Part shown: positions 48,840 to 58,800 of the stretch, piece by piece
How the letters are laid out: each line of letters begins with the position of its first letter
Numbering within the stretch: the first letter of the stretch is position 1
From: Candidatus Heimdallarchaeota archaeon
Lineage (GTDB): Archaea; Asgardarchaeota; Heimdallarchaeia; Heimdallarchaeales; Heimdallarchaeaceae
Assembly (NCBI GenBank): GCA_016840095.1
Contig: JAEOSZ010000011.1
Coordinates: 1-64,000 of the forward strand
DNA length: 64,000 nt
Direction: 5' to 3'
Made by a program: the position numbers and the translations under genes
Notes under the pieces: generated by a model
Database searches by the model: none
What the model was told of the DNA's origin: nothing
Seen by the model: only the letters and a program-made list of their open reading frames with translations

Positions 48840-49874
48840 ATGTCACTAAAAGTCGAAGATTCCAAGGAATACAAAGAAATACACAAACGAGTAGAACTTC
48901 TACAACTCTTGAAACAATATTATGGCTCTGGAGCTAATTTCTATGACTTTGATACTGGTGAGATTCCTTTACGTGACCTTATCGCTTTTATGTCTGATGA
49001 AGGCTTTCCCAGAAGATTACCAGAGACTGAACATGTTCTAAAGAGAATAGATGAAGAGATAATATCATTAGAGAACAAGAAAAAAGAAATGAGATTACAA
49101 GAAATGGAATCAAGAAACTTGAACTCATTACTGATTATTACTTCTTGGACAAAATTAATTGGGACTCAAAATAAAGGTGTATTTCTAGATAAACCAGTAA
49201 TGGATTTACGAAGAGATACTATCGTAATGCTAACTGATGAAACTCAGACATTTAAGGAACTTACAGATGAAAGATTAGCGGTTATTTTTGGTCCAGGAAT
49301 ATATCATTCTGAATTTGCAGTAGATAGAGGTAATTATCTTGAAGATTCATTGGAAATAAATGGAATATGTTTACCATTGGAACTTCTTGGAAAAATCTAT
49401 ACAGCTGATAAGATATACCAGTCAGACAAAATTGATGCTACAATAACAGAGGTATCGACCATACTACCTTTTCACATTATTGAACAGGCAGAAACAGTTC
49501 AAACCTATGTTAAAGGGATTATTAGTAGAAATGTTTTCCATCCCAACAAAGCAGCCTTAGAGAAATTCAACCATCATATTATGGAAGGGGGATCTTATCC
49601 CGCGGCTGAAGGGTTCAAAATCATGTCAGCACATCCACTTTGGTATAACAAGCTTTTAGTTGAACCTGATTATGAATATAGAACTGGAAGTGGAAAGAGG
49701 GCATATAGTACAGCTGGAATCGGGGCTTTATCTGGAATGGTACATAAGCTTAAACCAATAATATTTTCTTCACCCTCTAAAGAAAGAGAACAGCTAGAAC
49801 GAATTGCAAATATTGTAACCCAATATAGAGAGATGGGATTTCAACTTCTAAAAACTTGGATACCTTCCTACTAG
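48840..49874 (+). CDS. Hypothetical protein
   Basis: 344-aa ORF with an N-terminal helical/coiled segment; no family recognised. Confidence 0.75.
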   Translation: MSLKVEDSKEYKEIHKRVELLQLLKQYYGSGANFYDFDTGEIPLRDLIAFMSDEGFPRRLPETEHVLKRIDEEIISLENKKKEMRLQEMESRNLNSLLIITSWTKLIGTQNKGVFLDKPVMDLRRDTIVMLTDETQTFKELTDERLAVIFGPGIYHSEFAVDRGNYLEDSLEINGICLPLELLGKIYTADKIYQSDKIDATITEVSTILPFHIIEQAETVQTYVKGIISRNVFHPNKAALEKFNHHIMEGGSYPAAEGFKIMSAHPLWYNKLLVEPDYEYRTGSGKRAYSTAGIGALSGMVHKLKPIIFSSPSKEREQLERIANIVTQYREMGFQLLKTWIPSY

Positions 49875-49875
49875 T

Positions 49876-50400
49876 TCAAAGTATTTCAACTGTAGCTATT
49901 ATTTCAAGAGCCTTTTTCTCAATAATTTCTAGTTTTTCTTCACATCCATAATATTCTGCTAGTTCTTTTAATTCCAATATAGGGAGTTTCTTTTGTTTAT
50001 CATCCAATATGTTCTCGGAAATAGTATCTAGAAATAAATTGAACTCTCGCTCTACTTGATTTTGTTCATTACCAAATGCTATGATCATTATTTCTGTAGA
50101 TGAATCTTTTATGCCTAAGAGATCTATTGAACTAGAAATCTGTCGTTTTCCTGCTAGACGTACTATGAATTCAGTTGAAAAATCCCTTGCAATGTTTTTG
50201 TTGTTGTGAAAAGCTCGTTTTGTGTGAAACAAAGCAGCTACAATTTGTTTATCACTTATCAAGAATTTTGGATCTAACACTTGCAGATAAACTGCTTCTT
50301 GTTTTTGATTTTTTATCTTCTCAATAATCTTATCTGAATTAAGCGATTGAGGAGTAGAAAAAACTAAGTAGTTATACTCGAAACCACTAAGTTCATCCAT
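49876..50400 (-). CDS. cgi121: KEOPS complex subunit Cgi121
   Basis: QVLDP..HTKRAF...NIARDFSTEFIVRLAGKRQISSSIDLLG. Confidence 0.88.
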   Translation of the reverse strand: MDELSGFEYNYLVFSTPQSLNSDKIIEKIKNQKQEAVYLQVLDPKFLISDKQIVAALFHTKRAFHNNKNIARDFSTEFIVRLAGKRQISSSIDLLGIKDSSTEIMIIAFGNEQNQVEREFNLFLDTISENILDDKQKKLPILELKELAEYYGCEEKLEIIEKKALEIIATVEIL

Positions 50401-50408
50401 GATACTTC

Positions 50409-51932
50409 TTACAACTCCTTTGGACCTCTAATGATATCTAAGATCATTTTTTCCATGTCAATAGGTTCGAAATCTGAAGTTGCTAATTTGATAGCAGATG
50501 TTAATTTGCTTTCAGATGATGAGTGAATTTCGAAAAGAACATCACCTTTCTTGAATCTATCTCCTCTTTTTACTCTGAGGACAACACCAGCTGTTTTGTC
50601 TGCAGGAGCACCAGCTTGTCTAGCTATTGTTGAAATCGGGGCACTATCTACTGCATAAACAACACCATCACTTTTTGCTTCAATAGTGTCAATATAGGGA
50701 GCTGTAGGAATATCATCAACTTTAATATTTTCATCTCCACCTTGAGCAGAAACAATTTCTCTGAATTTCTGTAAAGCTTTACCACTTTTTAGAATATCTT
50801 CAGCATATTCGAAACCATATCCTCGTGGACACCAGTTGTGAGCTTCTAGAATAATACCTGATAATGAAAGAGCCTTTCTCATTAAATCTGCACTTCCACT
50901 TTGATCAGTTAGGATTTGTAAAGCATCTTTTGCTTCTAAAGCGGGACCAATTTTACTTCCAATAGGTCTGTCACCAGGACTGATTATACAATCAAGTTTG
51001 ATTTTCAGAGCATACCCTAATGAAGTGAATAAACTACCAACTTCTTGAGCATCCTCTCTATGAACAACTTTAGCTCCCTTACCAGTTGGTAGATCAATTA
51101 GAACATATTCAGATCCAGCTGCTATTTTCTTAGCAATAATACTAGCAACCATGAATTCCTTAGGATCGATTTTTACAGTCTCAAGAACTGAGATAATCTT
51201 ATCAGAAACATCTGCCAAACCTACAGTTTCACCACTTACAATGCATCCTCCAGTTGTATCTACTACATTTGTCATTTCTTCAAGTGTTAGTTCACAAGGC
51301 ATAAGCAATTCTACTGCATCAATTGTTCCGGCTGGTGATGTAATAGCTCTAGTGGAAACTTTGGGAATTGTGAGTCCTGAAGCTGCTAAAACAGGTATCA
51401 TAATAGGAGTTATTCTATTTCCTGCAATACCTCCAATACTATGTTTATCAACCACAGGCTTTTTCTTAGGATTTAAAATCTGAGAGTTATGAATAATAGC
51501 TTTAGCAACTGAGGTTGTTTCTTCCATAGTCAAACCTTGGACTTGGAATAACGACATCAATACTGCAATTTGAGTTGGATGCATCAAATTTTTATCTATA
51601 GATTCGAAAATAGCATCTATTTCTTCTTCTTTAAGCACTTCTCCCCTCATTTTTTTATGAATTAGATGAATTAAATGTTCATTAGTGAGTTCTTTAAGAA
51701 CTATCTCACTGCCTTTCTGGATTCCATGCTCTTTGGCTAGTTTTCCAGATATCCCTACTGTATTTTCAGGATAATTGTCACTTGTGGATACTTTTAATCC
51801 AATATTAAAAGGAGAAATCTCAATTAATTGCCCAGGCAAAATATCATATTTGTGGGCTAAATCAGAGTTAATTAACATATATTCTGGCTCTGAATCTAAT
51901 ACATTATCTAATCTTACTGTTAATTTTATCAT
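50409..51932 (-). CDS. AMP phosphorylase (thymidine phosphorylase family, archaeal)
   Basis: N-terminal double-psi-like extension, DKHSIGG, IPKVSTRAITSPAGT, ASIIAKK.AAG, IGPALEA, GAP.DK.AG. Confidence 0.9.
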   Translation of the reverse strand: MIKLTVRLDNVLDSEPEYMLINSDLAHKYDILPGQLIEISPFNIGLKVSTSDNYPENTVGISGKLAKEHGIQKGSEIVLKELTNEHLIHLIHKKMRGEVLKEEEIDAIFESIDKNLMHPTQIAVLMSLFQVQGLTMEETTSVAKAIIHNSQILNPKKKPVVDKHSIGGIAGNRITPIMIPVLAASGLTIPKVSTRAITSPAGTIDAVELLMPCELTLEEMTNVVDTTGGCIVSGETVGLADVSDKIISVLETVKIDPKEFMVASIIAKKIAAGSEYVLIDLPTGKGAKVVHREDAQEVGSLFTSLGYALKIKLDCIISPGDRPIGSKIGPALEAKDALQILTDQSGSADLMRKALSLSGIILEAHNWCPRGYGFEYAEDILKSGKALQKFREIVSAQGGDENIKVDDIPTAPYIDTIEAKSDGVVYAVDSAPISTIARQAGAPADKTAGVVLRVKRGDRFKKGDVLFEIHSSSESKLTSAIKLATSDFEPIDMEKMILDIIRGPKEL

Positions 51933-52083
51933 TTTATTTCCGCCAGATTCATTTTTATATCTTTAAACAGTAAGTGGTTTTTAGCCTATAATAAGCGTTG
52001 CGTATCTGTAAAAAAACGAATTTTTAGCTTAATTTGTCTTACCCGTAATAATTATTAATCATTTTTTCTATAATAATTTAGAA

Positions 52084-52233
52084 ATGTTTAGCGATAATGG
52101 TTCAGAAAAAATTAAGGATAAGAAAAAAGAAGAAAAGCCATTCAATTGTACTGGCTGTGAAACCCCTTTAGGGAAATATGATGAAACTTGTCCTAATTGT
52201 GAAAGAAAGAATCCCAAGTATCTAATTGGTTGA
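52084..52233 (+). CDS. Small (49 aa) Zn-ribbon protein, missed by the ORF track
   Basis: MFSDNGSEKIKDKKKEEKPFNCTGCETPLGKYDETCPNCERKNPKYLIG; CxxC-x10-CPxC. Confidence 0.7.
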   Translation: MFSDNGSEKIKDKKKEEKPFNCTGCETPLGKYDETCPNCERKNPKYLIG

Positions 52234-52293
52234 TTCAATCATTGAGAAACTATTTATATGCTACTCAAATTCATATCTGTGTAGGTAAGTAAA

Positions 52294-52470
52294 ATGGCGG
52301 AAATTCCACTCCCCCCAAGTAACAAGAAATCAGATGATGGTGATTCTGATGCTGATTGTGAAAAATATGATCCTATAATGGGTGGATATTGTAAGTACTA
52401 CGTTACTAAAACCGGAGAATGTATGATAAAATTCAGTTTGTGTGATGGTTTTGGGATTTTAAAGAAATAA
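52294..52470 (+). CDS. Small (58 aa) Cys-rich protein, missed by the ORF track
   Basis: AGGT RBS; MAEIPLPPSNKKSDDGDSDADCEKYDPIMGGYCKYYVTKTGECMIKFSLCDGFGILKK. Confidence 0.6.
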   Translation: MAEIPLPPSNKKSDDGDSDADCEKYDPIMGGYCKYYVTKTGECMIKFSLCDGFGILKK

Positions 52471-52478
52471 CAAATGAG

Positions 52479-53312
52479 TTATCTTCTAAGCAATTGATCT
52501 AAATCATTACTGATTTCTTTAACATTTGCTACTATTCTGTTTTGACCTGTCCCTTTATTTCCTTCAGTATCTATTGTTGCTGAAGTCAGAAATAGAGGTT
52601 TGAAGAATTCTCTAATCATCTGTTTTCCATCACCAAGAAGACATGAACAGGTTCCAACATACTTATCCCCTTCAACTCTTCTTACTCTGAAGAAGCTGAC
52701 ATGGTTTGCACGATCTCTCCAGATAATAAGATTTGCAGATAAGTAAATATTGTCTCTGATAATGTGTCCTAGGTAAACATTAGGATCAAGACCGAGTTCA
52801 TATAAATCAGTGTTGGTTTGTTTATCAAAATTTGTTAGCACCATTATTTTTGTGTTTTTAGAGAGTTGTTCATATCTTTCTATAGGGATTTGTTCTGTTG
52901 ATTCTTTGACTATGAATGTGTATGACCTATCTCTTCGTAGTGTATAAGCAGCTTGATATTCGATCATTGCGGAGGCTAATTCTAATAGTAATGGAGCTTC
53001 TTTTTTACTGATTTCGAATTTTTCGATAGATTGAATAGGAACTTTAGATTTTGTTAATAGACTACATACAAGAACTCCTATTAGATCATGCGATAGTGAA
53101 CCAGCAACAATACAACCAGACGGCAAAAGAATTGCAGGCAATTGATTTAAGGGAATGCCTTTTTTCTCAGCTGATTCTCTTTTCTTACTTACTTGATGAA
53201 CTATTAGTTTTACTTCTTGTGTTTTTAGTGCGCTTATAACTGCTGTCAGAAACTTTAATGTAGGCTGACAGTGGTCACAGTGCTCATCGTGAATATATAT
53301 TTCTAATTCCAT
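52479..53312 (-). CDS. Thioredoxin-fold (CxxC) protein fused to a putative DICT-like sensory domain
   Basis: N-terminal HCDHC plus a QLPAI cis-Pro region; C-terminal LASAMIEYQA...ERYEQLS..IMVL pattern. Confidence 0.6.
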   Translation of the reverse strand: MELEIYIHDEHCDHCQPTLKFLTAVISALKTQEVKLIVHQVSKKRESAEKKGIPLNQLPAILLPSGCIVAGSLSHDLIGVLVCSLLTKSKVPIQSIEKFEISKKEAPLLLELASAMIEYQAAYTLRRDRSYTFIVKESTEQIPIERYEQLSKNTKIMVLTNFDKQTNTDLYELGLDPNVYLGHIIRDNIYLSANLIIWRDRANHVSFFRVRRVEGDKYVGTCSCLLGDGKQMIREFFKPLFLTSATIDTEGNKGTGQNRIVANVKEISNDLDQLLRR

Positions 53313-53391
53313 TTTGCCCCAACAATCTAATCAATGAACGAATAAATAGAGATTTGAAATGATTATTATAAACATTGTCGTTCTATGTATT

Positions 53392-54648
53392 TTATCTGCC
53401 AGTTTTTCCCCTAATATAACGGTCAAGGTATTTTTCTCTAGCTAGTTCTATGGCATCATAGGCATGAGAAAAGCAATCTAATCTTCTTTCAGGGATTGGA
53501 TCCCATCCTCTACCATCACTATTTTCTGCTAGCAGTAGATGTTTCCACATCTGTTCGGTTATTTCACTTTCTGGTAGATGAGCAAAATACCATCGTGCTT
53601 CCCAACAAAGCCTTTCCAATTTCTGATTGTCTTCATCTCTAGTCCAAAGATCCAATCTCCTATCTGGAGCCCAACTTCCTGTTTTCATATAGCCAAGATC
53701 TTTTGGTTTATTGTCCTTTAGATATTTGAAAGGTAAGATCATTTGGTTTTCTGGGATTTTCATCATTCTTTCAATGAATTTCCTCAGATCCTCATGTGTT
53801 ATCATTTTTCCCTCAACAAGGCTTCTATAACCAAAAAATTCGATATCTGTTCCATATGGAATAACTAGACCTGTAGATTTCTTATGCCTTGATAAGTTTC
53901 TTATCGCTTTCTTTTGTGAAATAAAAGGAAATTTCATTAAGCTGGCTGATGAGAAAATGCTCCAAGCTTGAGGTACTTTTAAACCAGTAATTGTTCCCTT
54001 AACACCTTTTAACTCAACTGGATTGAAATTTGATTTTCTAGCAGATTTTTTGAGCCCTTTTACAGCTCTTCTATATTTGAAAAACTTACTCAAAATTCCT
54101 TTCGCTTTCATAAATTCTATAATATAATGAGTTGCAGAGAAGTATGGAAAATTATATTCATTAGAATCATTTAGTAGAGGGGAGCTCATATTGTATAATT
54201 CTTCATCAATGAAAGTATATGAAAAATCGAAATTCTTTAGGACTCTTGGAATTAAAGGATCATAAGCTAATTCAGGTAACCAGAATCCCTTAGGTTTGTA
54301 ATTCAAAGTTGACTCAAGAACATCATTGTTGAATTCTATCTGTTTTTTCATATCAATAACAGGTAATAGAGGAAAGATTGGATGTGAATATCCACAGCCT
54401 ACCATCTCGAATTTACCTTGTTCTATTCCTTCCTTTAGTAAATCAATTACTTCAGGATAACTGTTCTTTAGAATCTCTAAAGTGACACCTGTAAAATTGA
54501 GAACCACTTCCAGTTTAGGAATATCTAGTAGAGTAGAAAGAACTGGAATGTAACTTTTGTTCACAACATCTGGTATCTCACTAACTGGAATTTCTGCATA
54601 CTGTAAATTAGCATGTAAAACGATAGTAGAATACACAAGAGGAAACAC
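53392..54648 (-). CDS. Glycoside hydrolase family 57, alpha-galactosidase-like
   Basis: HANLQYAEIP, YSHPIFPLL, GFWLPELAYD (nucleophile), GTDIEFFGY, SWAPD, AENSDGRGW. Confidence 0.9.
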   Translation of the reverse strand: MFPLVYSTIVLHANLQYAEIPVSEIPDVVNKSYIPVLSTLLDIPKLEVVLNFTGVTLEILKNSYPEVIDLLKEGIEQGKFEMVGCGYSHPIFPLLPVIDMKKQIEFNNDVLESTLNYKPKGFWLPELAYDPLIPRVLKNFDFSYTFIDEELYNMSSPLLNDSNEYNFPYFSATHYIIEFMKAKGILSKFFKYRRAVKGLKKSARKSNFNPVELKGVKGTITGLKVPQAWSIFSSASLMKFPFISQKKAIRNLSRHKKSTGLVIPYGTDIEFFGYRSLVEGKMITHEDLRKFIERMMKIPENQMILPFKYLKDNKPKDLGYMKTGSWAPDRRLDLWTRDEDNQKLERLCWEARWYFAHLPESEITEQMWKHLLLAENSDGRGWDPIPERRLDCFSHAYDAIELAREKYLDRYIRGKTGR

Positions 54649-54750
54649 TTAATTCATAATATAAACGTTTTGGGAGGTAAAAAATGGTAATTTTTATTTA
54701 GCTTAGAAATATCCGAAGATATTAAATACACCAATAGCAGTTCTAAAGCA

Positions 54751-55707
54751 ATGAGTCAAAGAGAAATCAGAAAGAATCCTTTTACTGACGAATGGATAAT
54801 CTATTCTGAAGCGAGACAAGCAAGGCCTGATAGAAAAAAAGACTCTTGCCCACTATGTTCAGGATCTCCAGAGGTTCCTGAATTTACAGAACCAATTAGA
54901 ATTCCTAATAAATTTCCAGCACTTGAAATTGGAAAAGAGCCTAAGAAAATTAGTTCTGGAGAATTTCAAATAAAAATGAGCAATTATGGAAGATGTGATA
55001 TTGTTGTTTATACAAATGAGCACAATTTCAAATTTATCGATTTATCAGATGAAGAAATTTTCCAAATTTTTCAAACATGGATAAGTGCTACTAAGGAATT
55101 CAATTTGGATAAGAATATCAAATACATTCTTCCTTTCGAAAATTACGGTGAAGACGTTGGGGCAACTCTTATTCATCCTCATGGTCAAATTTATGGGTTT
55201 CCTGTGATTCCAAATTTAGTTGAAAAGGAATTTGATTCCATAAAACAATTCAAAGAAAAAAACAATTCTTGTATGGTCTGTAATTATATCGAAGAAGAAA
55301 AGGAAAAGGAAGAGAGAATCATTTTTCATGATATCAATCTTGTTGCTTTAGTTCCTTATTTTGCTAGACATGCATTTGATGTGTTTGTATATCCCAATCG
55401 TCACGTCAATTTTCTACATCAATGTACTAGATCTGAGATGAACTCCTTTGTTTCAACAATTAAACAAACAATCACTTCTTTGAATAGCATTTTTGAAAAA
55501 GAGATTAGCTATTCTCTCTCATTACATCAGAGTCCTTTGAATACTCAAGGTTCAAACATGTTCCATCTTTATTTCAAACTACACACTCCTCAGAGAAATA
55601 TCAAGTCTCTTAAGCTTCTAGGAGCTGTTGAAACCAGTACTATGACCTATATTAACGGAATGTTGCCAGAGATTGCTGCAAATAAAATCAGAGAAAAAAT
55701 GTCTTGA
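54751..55707 (+). CDS. galT: Galactose-1-phosphate uridylyltransferase
   Basis: R..RP, CPLC, PNKFPAL, FENYG..VGATLIHPHGQIY, CMVC. Confidence 0.93.
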   Translation: MSQREIRKNPFTDEWIIYSEARQARPDRKKDSCPLCSGSPEVPEFTEPIRIPNKFPALEIGKEPKKISSGEFQIKMSNYGRCDIVVYTNEHNFKFIDLSDEEIFQIFQTWISATKEFNLDKNIKYILPFENYGEDVGATLIHPHGQIYGFPVIPNLVEKEFDSIKQFKEKNNSCMVCNYIEEEKEKEERIIFHDINLVALVPYFARHAFDVFVYPNRHVNFLHQCTRSEMNSFVSTIKQTITSLNSIFEKEISYSLSLHQSPLNTQGSNMFHLYFKLHTPQRNIKSLKLLGAVETSTMTYINGMLPEIAANKIREKMS

Positions 55708-55888
55708 ATTAGTTTCTGTTAGTTGGGTAAAATTGAGATTTCCTTACTTGTAAATGACTGATACTCTAATATTACCATTTAGAAAGATTGTAATCATAGC
55801 CTCTATTTTTTTCGAACTTCTCAATTTTAGAGGATTCTAAAATAATACTTATAATAAAAGTAAACACTTGTTAAGATTAGACAATATT

Positions 55889-55894
55889 GGAGGT
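55889..55894 (+). promoter_or_regulatory. Strong Shine-Dalgarno sequence (GGAGGT)
   Basis: Consensus SD 5 nt upstream of the ATG at 55900. Confidence 0.75.
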
Positions 55895-55899
55895 CTAAA

Positions 55900-58800
55900 A
55901 TGAAAAAAAAGGCAATTTTGGGTTCAGCCTTGTTGGGTTTGACAATTATCCTTCTTACAATGAGCGGGTCAGTGACTCAAGCTCAGATAATTTCACAAAA
56001 CACCACACTCGACGCTGATATTCTGAACCCTGTTTTTGTAGAAGAAATGCGAATAATCGCTGGTATAGATTCTGCTGCCGTTGTAGAACTGGACCTAATA
56101 GGAGGCGCCATGCCTGCAATAGATGCAAATCCTCTATTCAGCGAAGTGAAAAGTTGGGCTTTTGTTGCTTCAAACCAATCAGATTTTCAAGATTATATTT
56201 TAAGGAGACCTTTCAAATCTCCCGAAAATGCTACACTTTTATTAGAAATTGATGCATCTTTAGGAGTTGGAGGTAGTTTGGTTAGAGCAATTGAAATAGC
56301 TTTATTATTTAATGCAGCTTACGGAACAAATTTGATGTGGTCAAGAGCTGAAGGCTTACTTGGAAGTTATTTATACATATTTTCAGGGAGTATGCCAGAA
56401 ACCATATTCAATACATTGATTACAGAATTTCAAACAGACATTAGTAATGGATTTGTGTCCCTACTCGATCCAGTTGAAGTAACTGATTCTCCTGTAAAAG
56501 TAGCTTTTATGGGTAACATGAAAGTTGATGGAAAGCTGACAGCAGCTAGAGGAGTATATTATATTGATCCAGATGCAATTACTGGAGCTACTACATATAC
56601 ATTATCAACTGATAATATATTTGGAGAAAATGTGTGGCCAAGAATCGCACTACAACCAATATTCTCGGTTCTAAAATTCAGATTCCCATATACAATAAAT
56701 CCTCTAAGTATTACACCAGATCCAAATAACTTTGCTCCTCAAATAACAGGAAAAATGGATTGGGATCTAAATACACCTTGGTCACTACCAAAACTTGGAA
56801 GTAATTATGAAGTTGTATTTAACATTAATCACACAGCACTAGCATCATCTCCTAGAGTATCTGTAAATATGGCATATGATCAAGATTTACTAAATACTGC
56901 AGGAAGATTACAGATGGACTATGTGGTTTCGAATACTGGAACTGAAGATGCTGTAGATATTGAGATTAGTTATCCTCTAGGACCTGATTTCTTAGATTTC
57001 TTAGCTCAAAAACCAAAACTTTGGGATTTGAGAGATGATGTAACTATTGATGAAGGATATTCAAATGCGATTACAGGAACTATATTGATGACCTTTGAAG
57101 GAGAAATGTTCATTGATGAAGGTTTATATCCAGATATCATTTATGAACAAGAATTTCTAATTCTTGATGGATGGTATCAGAATAATACTGATATGTCTTA
57201 TATTGATATAAATCCTGCAAATACTATTCAACAAGTTAAGACTGATAGTATGTTCTATGATCTGGGAATACCAGGACAAACAGGCACAGTATCAACTTAT
57301 ATAAACTTTAATTCATCACTTGGATTACCTAATGCATTAGTTGATCAAGCTACTGCTTTCTTAGCACCAATAAGTATGTTTGATTATGAATTACATACAC
57401 TTGGTGATCTAATTGCTGACTATCAATTTGAACTAAAAGATGCAGTACAAGCTGCAGGAGATTATTTGTTCAATATACTGTACTCTGAACAAGACATCTT
57501 TACCCCTGATACTATGGATTTTGATTTCATTACTAAAGAAATTGGTAGAGTGGGATTAGAAGATAGTTATAATGAAACTTTTCTGAGTACAATAATTCCA
57601 TTATTACATCCCGGTGAATCAGTTAACGTAAGCTGGGCTCTAGATAACATTCCCTCTCAAGCTAATCATTATGGAATGATGGGTCTAGATGAAGTAAATG
57701 TTGGAGCAAGTTTTCCTGCTTTACAATTGACTACTGTCGATAAAACTGGTTATGATGTCTTACGATATCTATTTGGTTTAGGCGATGCAATCTTACCTCA
57801 TTTAGGTGATAGATTCAGTAGACCATTAAGCTACTATGAGCCTTGGACAAATACTTGGTTATCAACTGGTGCAAGATTTGCATATATGGATGCAGAAGGT
57901 TTTGAATACTATGGATTCAGCAATGGAATTAATCTCCAAATAGCAGATGATGAAGCTGTTCTTAATGTGCATGTTTCGTTAAATCAAACTGCATACTTAG
58001 TAGGAGATCCTGTTACTGTCTATTATACAATAGAAAACACTGGAAATCTTCCAGCTGAAGAAGTAATTCTTGCTCTATATCATGGGCGAATGGGACCTGA
58101 TTGGCAATTGGTAGATCCTGAATTATTCTGGGTTGATGAAATTGGAACAATTGCACCAGGTGCAATATATAACAGTCAAGCTGATGTTCTAGCTAATTCC
58201 TTCTTGGGAATACACCCTGTTTATGGTGTTGTTGGTTTCAAGAGTGATGTTGGACAAACCATTTTATCCGATGGAATAATTGAATTATCTCCAGGATCAC
58301 TTGGATTAACATCTATCTTTGCTGGAGCTGCAGAAACCTATCAAATAGTTGCTTCTAATATGGATTGGGGTTTGGTTTTACCAAAGACTCTAAATAGAAG
58401 ACCAGCATTCCCACAACCAATACTAGACATTGATGTAAGTGTTGAGTATATCATTCCAACAGATGCTCCTTGGGAATTAGAAATCACTATAACTGTAACA
58501 AATATTGGTGATGAAAGAACCCATATAACTGCAGTTCAATTTTACAATGCAACTGAGATGCAATTATTACGTAAAACTACAACTAAAGGACTGACTGCAA
58601 ATGAAACATATCTAGGTATAGGTGTCATCAGATTCAAAGGAATAACTCTCCTACCTGGAGAATCTGTCATATTTACAATGAGATGGATGTTCCTTACTAG
58701 CTATGGTTGTTATATTCCTGGTATCATAATCGTTTATGATAGTAGATTCAGAAGTGATCTTGCGGTCGATGGAATTATCGAAGCACCTGATGTAACAGAT

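Noticed and set aside
45225-53312. Selenocysteine (UGA) readthrough in thioredoxin-type genes
   Set aside because: Both CxxC motifs are encoded by Cys codons, and no in-frame TGA interrupts a conserved domain.
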